The position numbers and the translations under genes are program-made. DNA of 64,000 nt from an uncultured Planctomycetota bacterium (GTDB taxonomy: Bacteria > Planctomycetota > Planctomycetia > Isosphaerales > Isosphaeraceae). Each line of letters starts with the position of its first letter. Positions within the stretch are counted from its first letter, which is position 1. Below are positions 48,309 through 57,767 of the stretch, piece by piece. Under the pieces are notes generated by a model. The model was not told the origin of the DNA and ran no database searches. It saw only the letters and a list, made by a program, of their open reading frames with translations. The stretch spans positions 2,144,001 through 2,208,000 of the forward strand of contig CAWGMQ010000010.1 in assembly GCA_963823665.1 (NCBI GenBank). Direction: 5' to 3'.

Positions 48309-50024
48309 ATGGCGGTTTTGAAGCACGCGACCGGAGACCTTGCCGGCACGCTGGTTCAGTTGAAAGACGACGTGACGGTGATCGGGCGCTTACCGGAATG
48401 CCAGATCATTCTGGCTGCCAACGGCGTCAGCCGGCGCCATGCCGAGATCCGCAAAGTCGGGCCGGCTCACTGCGTGGTCGATCTCGAGTCGCGGAACAAG
48501 ACATTTCTCAACGACACCGAGTTGAAGGGCGGGGTGGAGCATCCTCTCAAGGAGAAAGACCGGATCACGATCTGCAACATCGAGTTCGTCTACCACGCCG
48601 TCGATCCGTCGTTGGCCAGGGATCCAGCTCTCTCCGCCGACGTCATGACGATCACCGACAGCGACAGCAAGGAAGGTCCGGATTTCCGGACGCTCGAGGC
48701 CTCGCGCTCGGTCACGATGCTGAGCGCGGTTCGTCCGGAGGTAAAGCTGAAGGCGATCCTGGAAATCACCCGTAGCCTCTCCAACGAGTTGCGGATCGAC
48801 GCTGTCGCCCCCAAGATCCTCGACTCCCTGATGGAGATCTTCCCCGGCGCCGAGCGGCTCTTCCTGATGCTGCAGGATCCCGCGAGCAAGCGGCTGATCC
48901 GAAAAGCATTCAAACACCGCCCCCAGAAGCGCACCTCCTTCTCCCGGGCCATGCCCGAGGACGAAGTCCCGACGAGCATCAGCCGGTCAATCGTTGACTT
49001 CGTCCTGGGTCAGAAGAAGGCGGTGCTCAGCCAGGATGCCGGCGAGGACAAGAACCTTCCGGCCAGCGCCTCGATTTCCGACTTGAAGATCCGCTCGGTC
49101 ATGTGCGTTCCGCTCTTGACGCCCGACAACAAGGCGCTCGGAATCATCCAGCTCGACACCAGCGACCGCCGCCAGTTCAACGAAGACGACCTCGACGTAC
49201 TGGCGGCCGTCGCCAGCCAGGCGGCGATTTCCATCTCCAACGCGTCGATGCTCGAGTCGCTGCTCGAGCGAGAGCGACTCAACCGCGATCTGAAAATCGC
49301 CGAGCAAGTGCAGAAGCGGTTCTTGCCGCAAGTCGTGCCTTCGGTCCCGGGCTACGAGTTCTTCGCTCATTACCAGCCGACCTACCAGGTCGGGGGCGAC
49401 TATTATGACTTTGTTTCCCTCGGTACCGACCGCGTGGCCCTGGCCGTGGGCGACGTCTCCGGCAAAGGTGTGGCGGCCGCACTCATGATGGCCAAGTTCT
49501 CCGGTGACACGCGGTCCTCCATCCTGACCGAGAGCGGCCCCGCGACCACCGCCGCTCGTCTTAACACCCTGCTCTGTGCCGCCGGGATCGAGGATAAATT
49601 CATCACGCTCGGCCTGTGTGTGCTCGATTTTGCCACCCGCAAGCTCACGCTCACATCAGCGGGTCACACGCCCGTGATCGTCCGTCGCGCCGATGGCCGG
49701 GCCGAGGAAGTCGGCCAGGATTTCTCCGGCCTCCCGCTCGGCATCATGGAGGATTCCGAATACCAGCAAACCGACATCCAGCTCGATCCCGGCGACGTCG
49801 TCGTGCTCTACTCCGACGGCGTGACCGACGCACGAAGCCCTTCTGATGAGCTGTACGACTCGCAGACCAACCACCGCTTGATCAAACGAGTGGCCCAAAC
49901 ATCCGGCGGTGCGGCCGCCGTCGGCAAGGCAATCCTCCAGGATATCCGCGAGTTCTCCGCCGGCCACTCCCAGGCCGACGACATCACGTTGCTCTGCCTC
50001 GGGCCGACGCCCGCTGGCTCTTGA
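48309..50024 (+). CDS. FHA + GAF + SpoIIE/PP2C phosphatase
   Basis: IGRLPEC...VSRRHA...SRNKTFLN (FHA); IRSVMCVPL (GAF); VGGDYYD, GDVSGKG, YSDGVTD and DDIT (PP2C). Confidence 0.94.
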   Translation: MAVLKHATGDLAGTLVQLKDDVTVIGRLPECQIILAANGVSRRHAEIRKVGPAHCVVDLESRNKTFLNDTELKGGVEHPLKEKDRITICNIEFVYHAVDPSLARDPALSADVMTITDSDSKEGPDFRTLEASRSVTMLSAVRPEVKLKAILEITRSLSNELRIDAVAPKILDSLMEIFPGAERLFLMLQDPASKRLIRKAFKHRPQKRTSFSRAMPEDEVPTSISRSIVDFVLGQKKAVLSQDAGEDKNLPASASISDLKIRSVMCVPLLTPDNKALGIIQLDTSDRRQFNEDDLDVLAAVASQAAISISNASMLESLLERERLNRDLKIAEQVQKRFLPQVVPSVPGYEFFAHYQPTYQVGGDYYDFVSLGTDRVALAVGDVSGKGVAAALMMAKFSGDTRSSILTESGPATTAARLNTLLCAAGIEDKFITLGLCVLDFATRKLTLTSAGHTPVIVRRADGRAEEVGQDFSGLPLGIMEDSEYQQTDIQLDPGDVVVLYSDGVTDARSPSDELYDSQTNHRLIKRVAQTSGGAAAVGKAILQDIREFSAGHSQADDITLLCLGPTPAGS

Positions 50025-50443
50025 GCCACGCCGCCTTTTACACCCGGTCGCCCCGCCCGGTTGGACCGGATGCGGCGCCAGGAGATTGGCCAACCACGAC
50101 GGCTCCCGAGCATCACGTCGACGCCGCTGATGACGTGACCGTGCGCCCCGTGCCAATTGCAACAGGTGTCCTGTCCTCCCAGCGCAGAAACGACTGAGCA
50201 AACCCCTGCCGATGGGCCGATGATGGCTTCGGTTTCAGACCAGCAGTCATTGGTCAGCCGAAATCGGGCAATTCGCATCGTGGCGGTTAGCGGGCCTGCA
50301 ATGCCGATCCGCTCGCCTGCGACAGCCGCGCGTCTCGAATAACCCATACAAGACGACGAAACCGCAGACACACGGAATCCGGCAACAACGCCAATGTTGC
50401 ACGTTTCGACCCTGAAGCGGGTCGTGGTGCCAGGGACAACAAC

Positions 50444-52133
50444 ATGCCGATGCGCACAGTGCACCGAGAGTCTGCCAGCAAGTATCCAGGCTCGAGATTC
50501 ACCGCCCGCCACGCGCTCTGGGCGTTGATCGCCATCTCGACGATCCTGCGGTTGGCTTGGTCTGCCAGCCTGGGGGCGGCGTTTGATGAGCCTTATTACA
50601 TCCAGTACATCCAGCACCCTGCGTGGAGCTACTTTGACCACCCGCCGATGGTCGCGCTGCGTCGGCGCACTCGGCCTCGCAGTGACGGGAGACGCGTTCT
50701 CCGTCTTCGGCCTGCGGCTCGGCTTCATCCTCCTGTTCGCCGGCTCCATGTGGTTGATGGCACGTCTCACCACCCGGTTCTACGGCGAGAAGGCCGGCCT
50801 TCTCTCCGCCCTCGCTCTGAGCGCCTCCGGTTACTTCGGGATGGCGGTCGGCACCATCGCCCAGCCGGACGGGCCGCTCCTCTTCTTCTGGCTTCTGACT
50901 CTCGACCGCCTGGCCGTCGCGCTCGACGACCCAGAACGGCTCGCGCCCTGGCTGGCCTTGGGTGCCGCCTGGGGTGGGGCGATGTTGAGCAAGTATCACG
51001 CCGTTCTCCTGCCGGTCGGGGCGCTGCTTCACATCGTCTGCTGGCCCCAGGCCCGCCAAGCCCTCCGCAAACCGGGGCCTTACATCGCCGCGGCAATCGG
51101 CTTGATCCTCTTCGCGCCCGTGATCGCGTGGAACGCCACGCACGGTTGGGCCTCGTTCTTGTTCCAGGGTGGTCGCGCGACGGTCTCGCATCAGCTCCGG
51201 CTCGATCAACTTGGTGCGACCTTGGGCACCGAGGCGCTCTTCCTGTTCCCGTGGCTCTGGATCGTCATGCTCGGATTACTCGTCAAGCTCATCTGGCGTG
51301 GGCCGCGTGCCTGGACCAAGGGTGAGTCGTTTCTGATCTGGCAGGCATTACCGGCGCTGGTGTTGTTCCACGCGATAGCCTCCCAGCGGTGGATCATGCC
51401 CTACTGGCCGCTGTTCGGTTTCATCGCGCTCATGCCCCTGCTGGCACGAGCCTGGGAGAAGCGCCTCGAGACCCACCCCGCCAGCCATCGACGGCGGATC
51501 GCAGCCATCTCGCTATTCCCGGTCTTGCTGGCGGCTCTCCTCTCTGCCCAGGCTGACTTGGGCCTGCTGGAAGACAGCCACGGCCGGCTATTGGGCCTGA
51601 TCGCGCCCAAGCACGATCCGAGCGCGAACCTCTTCTGCTGGAACGAGGTCGCCGGCGAGCTACAGCGGCGCGGGCTCCTCTCCGAGCCGGGAACCTTCCT
51701 GTTCACGGACTCCTGGGACCAGAGCGCCCGTCTCGCTCTCGCCACTCGCGGCGAAGCCCCCGTGGCTTGCTATCACATCGAAGCCCGATCCTACTCATTC
51801 TGGAGCCGCCCCGAAGATTGGGTCGGCCGCGACGGAATCTTCGTCGAGAGCGCCCGGGCTCCGGGCGCGCTCTCGAATTTTAGACCGTTCTTTGCCCGGT
51901 ATGAGTCGATCGGAACCGTGCAAATCGTCCGCCGCGGCGTTCTCGTGCGCGAGGTCTACCTCTACCGCGGCACCTGTCAGACCCGGCCGTTCCCGTTCGA
52001 CGGCCGCTTCTGGGACCGCACGAAGCGCCCGAACACCGAGGGTAGCACCCTGGCCCCCACCGCGCTGGCACGACGCAATGACACCCGCCCTGGATCATCG
52101 CCCCCGGCGACGCAAACGCGCCGTACCAGGTAA
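50444..52133 (+). CDS. Glycosyltransferase, family 39/83 (ArnT/PMT-like); frameshift near 50660
   Basis: DEPYY...YFDHPPMV, PDGPLL, LSKY, WNATHGWASF.FQ and multiple TM helices. Confidence 0.88.
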
Positions 52134-52205
52134 TCTCACTCGCCAATGATTGGCGCAGCTTTTACTCGACCAGTTTCATCACCACGGCAGACGGCCCCGC
52201 CGCGA

Positions 52206-54659
52206 CTAGCGATTGCTCGCGCTCCTGCGAATTCCGCCTCGAGCGTCTTCGGGAAGCTCGATCATCTGCCCGACAACGAGCTGGCCCGGGTCGTCGATCA
52301 CGCCGCGATTGAGCTCGAGGATCTCATTCGCTCGCCGCGAGTCGTCCAGCATGTCGTGCGCGATCGACCTGAGCGTGTCATACGTACGCACCCGGTAGAT
52401 CGGTCTGCTCGATCCGCCTGCTGCGGATCTGCGTGAGCGTGCGGCCGTGCGCACATCCTGATCGTCTCCCGCTTCATCGCCGTCAAACACCTTGGCCGCC
52501 GCGGCGCTCCTCCCCTTGTAAGCCGTCGACCGGTCGCCTGCTGACGCGGTCACGGAAGGTGCCGAGTCGTCCTCGTATTCCGATCGACTGGCACGTCGCG
52601 CAGGCACATCGCCCCGCCCGGACGCCTGGCGAGTTTTCCCCGGCGCCGGTGCGAGAGCAGCTTCGGAATCGCCACCACCGGTTTTCGACCCTCGGCCCGC
52701 TCGGCGCGAGATGCCCAGCGACGCCTCCCACTGCGGTGAAGCCGTCCTGCCTGGCGCCAGGATGTAGTCGGGGTTGAGGTCCTCGATCGCCGGCACGACG
52801 ATCACGTCGCCTTCGTGCAACACGTCGATATAGGGATGATTGGCGGAGTTTGCCCTCCAGAGCGCGGCGAAGTACCGCCCCGACCCCCAGTACTGGCGCG
52901 AGATGATCCAGTAGTTCTCGCCCCGCTCGACCACGTGCTCCGTCGCCTCGACCCGTTCCATGTGCGAGGCCGCGCGCGGCTGTTGCTCGGCCGCATCCGT
53001 GGCCGCGCTCCGCGAGGGACGCGATGATGAGTTCGTTGCCCCGCCTTCCCGGTGCGACGACTGGCTCGGCTCCGGCTCGAAGTCAATCGAGCGCCTGGCG
53101 TGAAATCGGGAATCGACCGCTGCCGTCGCCGGCCCCGAGCCGCGCTCCAGACCGCCGGCAACGGGTGGCTCGGCCGCTTTCTCGGTCGGGTCGACGGGAA
53201 GGCTGCCCGAGTTGGGAATCGGAATCCAGCCGGGATCGCTTCCCGTCCTGGGCGTCTGCTCCGCCGGCTTCGATTCGATCGGCTCCCCCGACGGCATCGG
53301 GATTTTCTCGCCGCTCGGCACAGGCGCTGGCCGTTCAGGTGCCGTCGCGTTCACTCGCTCCGGCGTCGGCGCGGGATTGGAAGCCGCAGACGGCGTCTTC
53401 GGCTCGTCCGGCTTCGGAGGAATGACGACTGCCGGAGGCTCGGACGCGCCGCTTGAATCGGGTGCCGATTCGACAGACGGCTTCGCCGCTGACTCGATCG
53501 GTGGCAGCGCCGGTCCGTCGATTTTCTTCGGTTCGTCGAGTGGTTTGCTTTCCCCGGAGGGCGGTGCCCCTGGACCAACTAGCGGTGTTGCAGGTGCCGG
53601 TGCAGGTCCCTCTGTCGCTGGTCCCGGCTCGCCCTTCATGGATTCCTTGGGTTTCTCTGCGGCCGCTTTGTTCGCGCCTTCGGGAAGCCAGAGATCCGCG
53701 GGTGGCTCCGGCATCGGGTTTGTCTTGGCGGCTTGCTCTCCCGCGCCGGTGGGCGAGGCCGCCGGTGGCTGCGATGCCGCCGTCTGATCGGTCGGGGCTC
53801 GACCGATTGCGCTCGAATCAGCATTCTTTTTCTCATCGGCCGCAGCCGACGCCGGGGCAGGGGGCGTATTCCCGTGCTCCTGCGCCGCGGCCGAGGAAAG
53901 GAGTGTCGCGGCCTTCCCCGCGTCTCCGGTGGGTGCCGGAAGGGGAACCACGGCAGGCTCGGCGCTCGTGATGGCCGGCTGCGCCGCCACCGCCGCCGGT
54001 ACCGGTGCAGCTCCCGGCTTCGTCTCGTCTTTTTTCTGCTCTTCGCTCTGCGCGAGCGACCCGGGGGGTGCAGCGTCGTGCTCGGTTGGCTGCGGCTTGT
54101 CGTTCGACTGCGCCTTCGGAGGGGCACTCGAGGGCTGTGTACCGGGTTCAGTCTGCGCGATCGTCGCATCCGTTTTGTCGGCCTTGGGGGGAGCTGCCGG
54201 GTCGGTTGCCGAAACAACTTCCTTGGCGGCCCCTTCACCCGCCTTGGTGTCGCCGGCGACCTTGGTTCCACCCTCGGATTGTGGTCCTTTCGCTTCGGCA
54301 TCCCCCGGCGATTTGTTCCCGGAAATTGCGTTCGTCACATCGCGCCGAGTCGTCCCGGAGCGCGACTGTGAGTAGATAATCCCACCCAGAATCAAGATCG
54401 AGGCCAGCGCGGCGATCGAATGCCGCGGGTAGCGGCGAGCCACCGCCACGAGCACCGACACCACGGCCCCGATGACCCGCTTGAGCAGCGACGCCGCCAG
54501 CCCCACGATTCGCAAAGCGGCGCCAGCAGCGGCCCCTCTTTTCTTCGAGGCCGCGGCGGCCGCGGTAGCCTGGGTTTCCTCCGCAGCGGCGGTTGTTTCC
54601 CCCGCCTCGGGATTCGCCGGCCCTGTGGCCGGCCCGATGATCACGACGGGTTCGGGCAT
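52206..54659 (-). CDS. Bitopic membrane protein with a long Pro/Ala-rich linker and two LysM domains
   Basis: TM helix SIAALASILILGGIIY; LysM1 HVVERGENYWIISRQYWG...LWRAN; LysM2 YRVRTYDTLRSIA...ILELN...LVVGQMIELP. Confidence 0.88.
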   Translation of the reverse strand: MPEPVVIIGPATGPANPEAGETTAAAEETQATAAAAASKKRGAAAGAALRIVGLAASLLKRVIGAVVSVLVAVARRYPRHSIAALASILILGGIIYSQSRSGTTRRDVTNAISGNKSPGDAEAKGPQSEGGTKVAGDTKAGEGAAKEVVSATDPAAPPKADKTDATIAQTEPGTQPSSAPPKAQSNDKPQPTEHDAAPPGSLAQSEEQKKDETKPGAAPVPAAVAAQPAITSAEPAVVPLPAPTGDAGKAATLLSSAAAQEHGNTPPAPASAAADEKKNADSSAIGRAPTDQTAASQPPAASPTGAGEQAAKTNPMPEPPADLWLPEGANKAAAEKPKESMKGEPGPATEGPAPAPATPLVGPGAPPSGESKPLDEPKKIDGPALPPIESAAKPSVESAPDSSGASEPPAVVIPPKPDEPKTPSAASNPAPTPERVNATAPERPAPVPSGEKIPMPSGEPIESKPAEQTPRTGSDPGWIPIPNSGSLPVDPTEKAAEPPVAGGLERGSGPATAAVDSRFHARRSIDFEPEPSQSSHREGGATNSSSRPSRSAATDAAEQQPRAASHMERVEATEHVVERGENYWIISRQYWGSGRYFAALWRANSANHPYIDVLHEGDVIVVPAIEDLNPDYILAPGRTASPQWEASLGISRRAGRGSKTGGGDSEAALAPAPGKTRQASGRGDVPARRASRSEYEDDSAPSVTASAGDRSTAYKGRSAAAAKVFDGDEAGDDQDVRTAARSRRSAAGGSSRPIYRVRTYDTLRSIAHDMLDDSRRANEILELNRGVIDDPGQLVVGQMIELPEDARGGIRRSASNR

Positions 54660-55548
54660 TTCTCAACCACCCTCAGTTTGGCACTACGGGCCCGCGGGTT
54701 CTCGGCAGTTTCCCGGGCCCCCGCGGTGACGGGTTTCCTTGTCAGAACAGAGAGCTCCGGGTGTCTCTTGAAGGCCCATTTGACGCGCCGGTCTTCCAGC
54801 GAATGAAAGCTGATGATTGCGGCTCGCCCCTGCGGCAGGAGCAGGCCCGGAATCGCTGCGAGTGCTTGCTCGAGTTGGCCGAGCTCGTCGTTAACGACGA
54901 TCCGAAGCGCCTGGAAGACGCGGGTCGCCGGGTCGATCGGTCCGTGCCGTGCGTGGCCCGGAATCGCGCGACGCACAATCGCCGCGAGCTGGGCCGAGCT
55001 TCGGATCTTATCCAGCTTCCGCTCTTCCACCACCCTGCGCGCAATGCGCCGGCTGAATCGCTCCTCGCCAAACTCATAGAACAGATCCGCCAGCTCGGCT
55101 TCGCGAAGCTGATTGACGAGATCGGCCGCAGTTGGCACGTCTTCACCCGCGTCGAATCGCATGTCGAGCGGCCCCTCCGACGCGAAGCTGAACCCGCGGT
55201 CAGATGCCGCAAGCTGGTCGGATGAGAGACCCAGGTCCAGGATGATCGCATCCACCGCCTCGATTCCCATTTGCTCCAGCACGGCACGCATATCGCCGTA
55301 CGCCGCGTGCACCAGAGTGACCCGGTCCGACAATTCCGCGAGCCGAACGGCTTCTTTGGCCTCCACCAGCATGCTCGGGTCGCGGTCCAGCCCGATGGCT
55401 CTCCCGCCCTCTCCGAGCCGCTTCGCCATCGCCACGAGATGGCCGCCGCCCCCCACCGTCCCGTCGACGACGATCGCGCCGCGCGCAGAGCGACAGGAAG
55501 CCACGAGGCAATCTCGTCAACCATCACCGGCCGGTGAACCGATCCCAT
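54641..55548 (-). CDS. rsmH: 16S rRNA m4C1402 methyltransferase RsmH (MraW); frameshift near 55490
   Basis: HRPVMVDE, VDGTVGGGGH, DLGLSSDQL, RGFSF, GPLDMRFD, ATRVFQALRI.VNDEL, ISFHSLEDR and NPRARSAKLR. Confidence 0.95.
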
Positions 55549-55618
55549 GGCGGCCTTCGAACAAAGAAAAGAAGGGACTGTTCCTGCCGCGCCCGGGTCC
55601 AGACATGGTCAACAGGAT

Positions 55619-55646
55619 ACTCTAGCCCGACAGCCAGAGCTGTCAA
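55619..55646 (-). promoter_or_regulatory. Putative sigma70 promoter of rsmH-LysM
   Basis: On the minus strand: TTGACA (55646-55641), 16-nt spacer, TAGAGT (55624-55619), about 70 nt upstream of the rsmH start. Confidence 0.5.
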
Positions 55647-55681
55647 GGGCGGTATTCGTCTCTGATGGATCCCTGTGTCCT

Positions 55682-56776
55682 TCACACTGCATAGCGCCTG
55701 ATCGCGTCCTCGTTCCACCGGATCCCGCTGCCTGGTACATCCGGGATCATGAGATGGCCATCCTGCAGCTTGAACGGTTCGGCAAGTATCGGGTAGGCCC
55801 AATCTTGCCACTCGAGCCAGTGGGCCGTTTCCGTTACGCACATGAGGTGGGCCGCGAACTCAGGATAGAGATGTGTGGACATCGGAATACCGGCAGCGCC
55901 AGCCACTGCTGCCGCGCGCAGCCAACCCGTCACGCCGCCTATTCGCATCAGGTCGGGCATGACGAAGTCCCCGGCGCCAGAAACGATCGCCTGGAACAAA
56001 ACTCGCGGGCCGTAGAAGTTCTCCCCGAGCTGGACTGGCGTCTTTAATTCGCGAGTGAGCCGGATATAGCCAGCAAGGTTGTCGTAGACGACCGGCTCCT
56101 CGAACCAGAACAGGCCCTCGTCATCGAGCGAGTGACAGCGCTCGAGCGCGTCACCAAGCGACAGTCCTTGGTTGAAGTCACACATCAGCTTGACTTCCTC
56201 GCCGGCCCCTTGGCGGACGGCTGCAATGGCGGCAAGATCATCGGCGAGCCGGTCCCGACCCAGACGCAGTTTCAGCGCCGTGAAGCCGCCCTCCTGAACC
56301 AGTTCTTCGGCCCCCTGTCGGAGACTCTCTGCCGGGTTAAGCCAGAGCCCGTTGCTGTTGTAGGCGGGCACGGGGCCGATCGCCCCACCCAGAAAGACGG
56401 CCAGCGGCATGCCGGCGGCCTGAGCCAGCGCGTCCCAGGCAGCCATGTCGAGCCCCGCCACGGCGATCAGCGACAGACCTTCGCGCCCAACCAGGTGCAG
56501 CGCATTGAGCCCCCGGCGGAAAAACTCAAACGGCGCAACCGGCTGACCTCGGAGCGCCTCGGCCACATCCATGATCACCGGCGTCAGATAGCGTGCCGCC
56601 TGCTTGAGATATGGCTCCAGGTAGCTGCGCCCGACGATTCCTTCTTCCGTGTAAAGATCGATGAGGATCATCGGCCAATCATCGAAGAATCCGACCTTCG
56701 AGACGATGGGATGGCGTAGCGGCAAGACGACCAGCCGAACCCGGACGGTCTTCAAAGTCAGTCTGGAATGTGTCAT
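55682..56776 (-). CDS. Mandelate racemase/muconate lactonizing enzyme family protein
   Basis: DMAAWDALA, ALKLRLG, CDFNQ, WFEEP, GENF, MPDLMRIGGVTG and STH. Confidence 0.92.
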   Translation of the reverse strand: MTHSRLTLKTVRVRLVVLPLRHPIVSKVGFFDDWPMILIDLYTEEGIVGRSYLEPYLKQAARYLTPVIMDVAEALRGQPVAPFEFFRRGLNALHLVGREGLSLIAVAGLDMAAWDALAQAAGMPLAVFLGGAIGPVPAYNSNGLWLNPAESLRQGAEELVQEGGFTALKLRLGRDRLADDLAAIAAVRQGAGEEVKLMCDFNQGLSLGDALERCHSLDDEGLFWFEEPVVYDNLAGYIRLTRELKTPVQLGENFYGPRVLFQAIVSGAGDFVMPDLMRIGGVTGWLRAAAVAGAAGIPMSTHLYPEFAAHLMCVTETAHWLEWQDWAYPILAEPFKLQDGHLMIPDVPGSGIRWNEDAIRRYAV

Positions 56777-56870
56777 GCGATCACCCCCCTTTCGGCCTAT
56801 GGGTTCCGTCTGGTTCGAGTCGATCACGGTTGCTCGGCCCCACCTGCTTTATCGCGCCTGGCACTCACGC

Positions 56871-57707
56871 TCAACCCACGGGCGCCTCCAGATCCAGTTG
56901 CAGCGGCGCGAGGGGTACCCCCGCAGGCTCCACGCGGTAGGATTTACCGCGGCACAGGCGGGGCAGCGCCGTGAGCGTGCCAGTGGCGATCACCTCGCCC
57001 GGCAAGAGCCGCGGAGCCCACGACTGGGCCGCCAGCACGCGCGTCAGAAAGCCAAGCGCGAGGAGTGGGCTGCCCAGAGCGTTGCGTCCCGCCCCCTCGG
57101 CCGCGAAGTCGTTTCCGCCGCGGAGCGTGACTTTGAGCGTCTGCAGGCTTGTGGCGAGGTGTCGAGGATCCACGGAATCCACACGCCAGGGAGTGCCCAC
57201 CACGAGCGCCGCGTGAACCCCGAAGTCGGCGACGGCCTCCGAGGCGGTAAAACGCCAGTCGGCGTAATGAGAATCCACGATCTCGAGCCCGAGCGCCGCC
57301 CATTCGAGACAGCCCGCCAATTCCTCCATCGATGGATCGCCGCCTGGAACCGCATGGCGCAGCTTGAGCACCACCTCGGGCTCGAGCCGCGGCGCCACCA
57401 TGCCGTCCAGCGGTAGACGCAGATAACCTCCCTGCGCGTAATGGACAGTCTCGGTATACATGTGTGCCCAGATTGGTTGTTTCGCATCGAATTGTGCCCA
57501 CATGGCGGGATTAGTGAAGCCGATCTTGCGGCCGGCGGCTCGGTATCCTCGCCTCAAGAGGCACCCGTGGAGTGCATGGCCGACGTGGTAGCCCCTCTCC
57601 AGATCGAAGCCGATGCACCGCTGCGACGGTGATGGAGTGATTCGCGCGGCATTACGCGCCTGAAGCAGGTCGGTTACGAGCCGCTCGTCTTCCCGGGCAT
57701 CTTGCAT
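56871..57707 (-). CDS. 2-keto-4-pentenoate hydratase-like (FAH family) protein
   Basis: GRKIGFTN, PRLEPEVV, LEIVDS, ADFGVH, ALGSP and GEVIATGTLT. Confidence 0.88.
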   Translation of the reverse strand: MQDAREDERLVTDLLQARNAARITPSPSQRCIGFDLERGYHVGHALHGCLLRRGYRAAGRKIGFTNPAMWAQFDAKQPIWAHMYTETVHYAQGGYLRLPLDGMVAPRLEPEVVLKLRHAVPGGDPSMEELAGCLEWAALGLEIVDSHYADWRFTASEAVADFGVHAALVVGTPWRVDSVDPRHLATSLQTLKVTLRGGNDFAAEGAGRNALGSPLLALGFLTRVLAAQSWAPRLLPGEVIATGTLTALPRLCRGKSYRVEPAGVPLAPLQLDLEAPVG

Positions 57708-57767
57708 CGGCAGACTCCGAAAAGCTCCGCGCGACGGGGCCAGGCTCCGCACGGGAAGGATCGCGGC

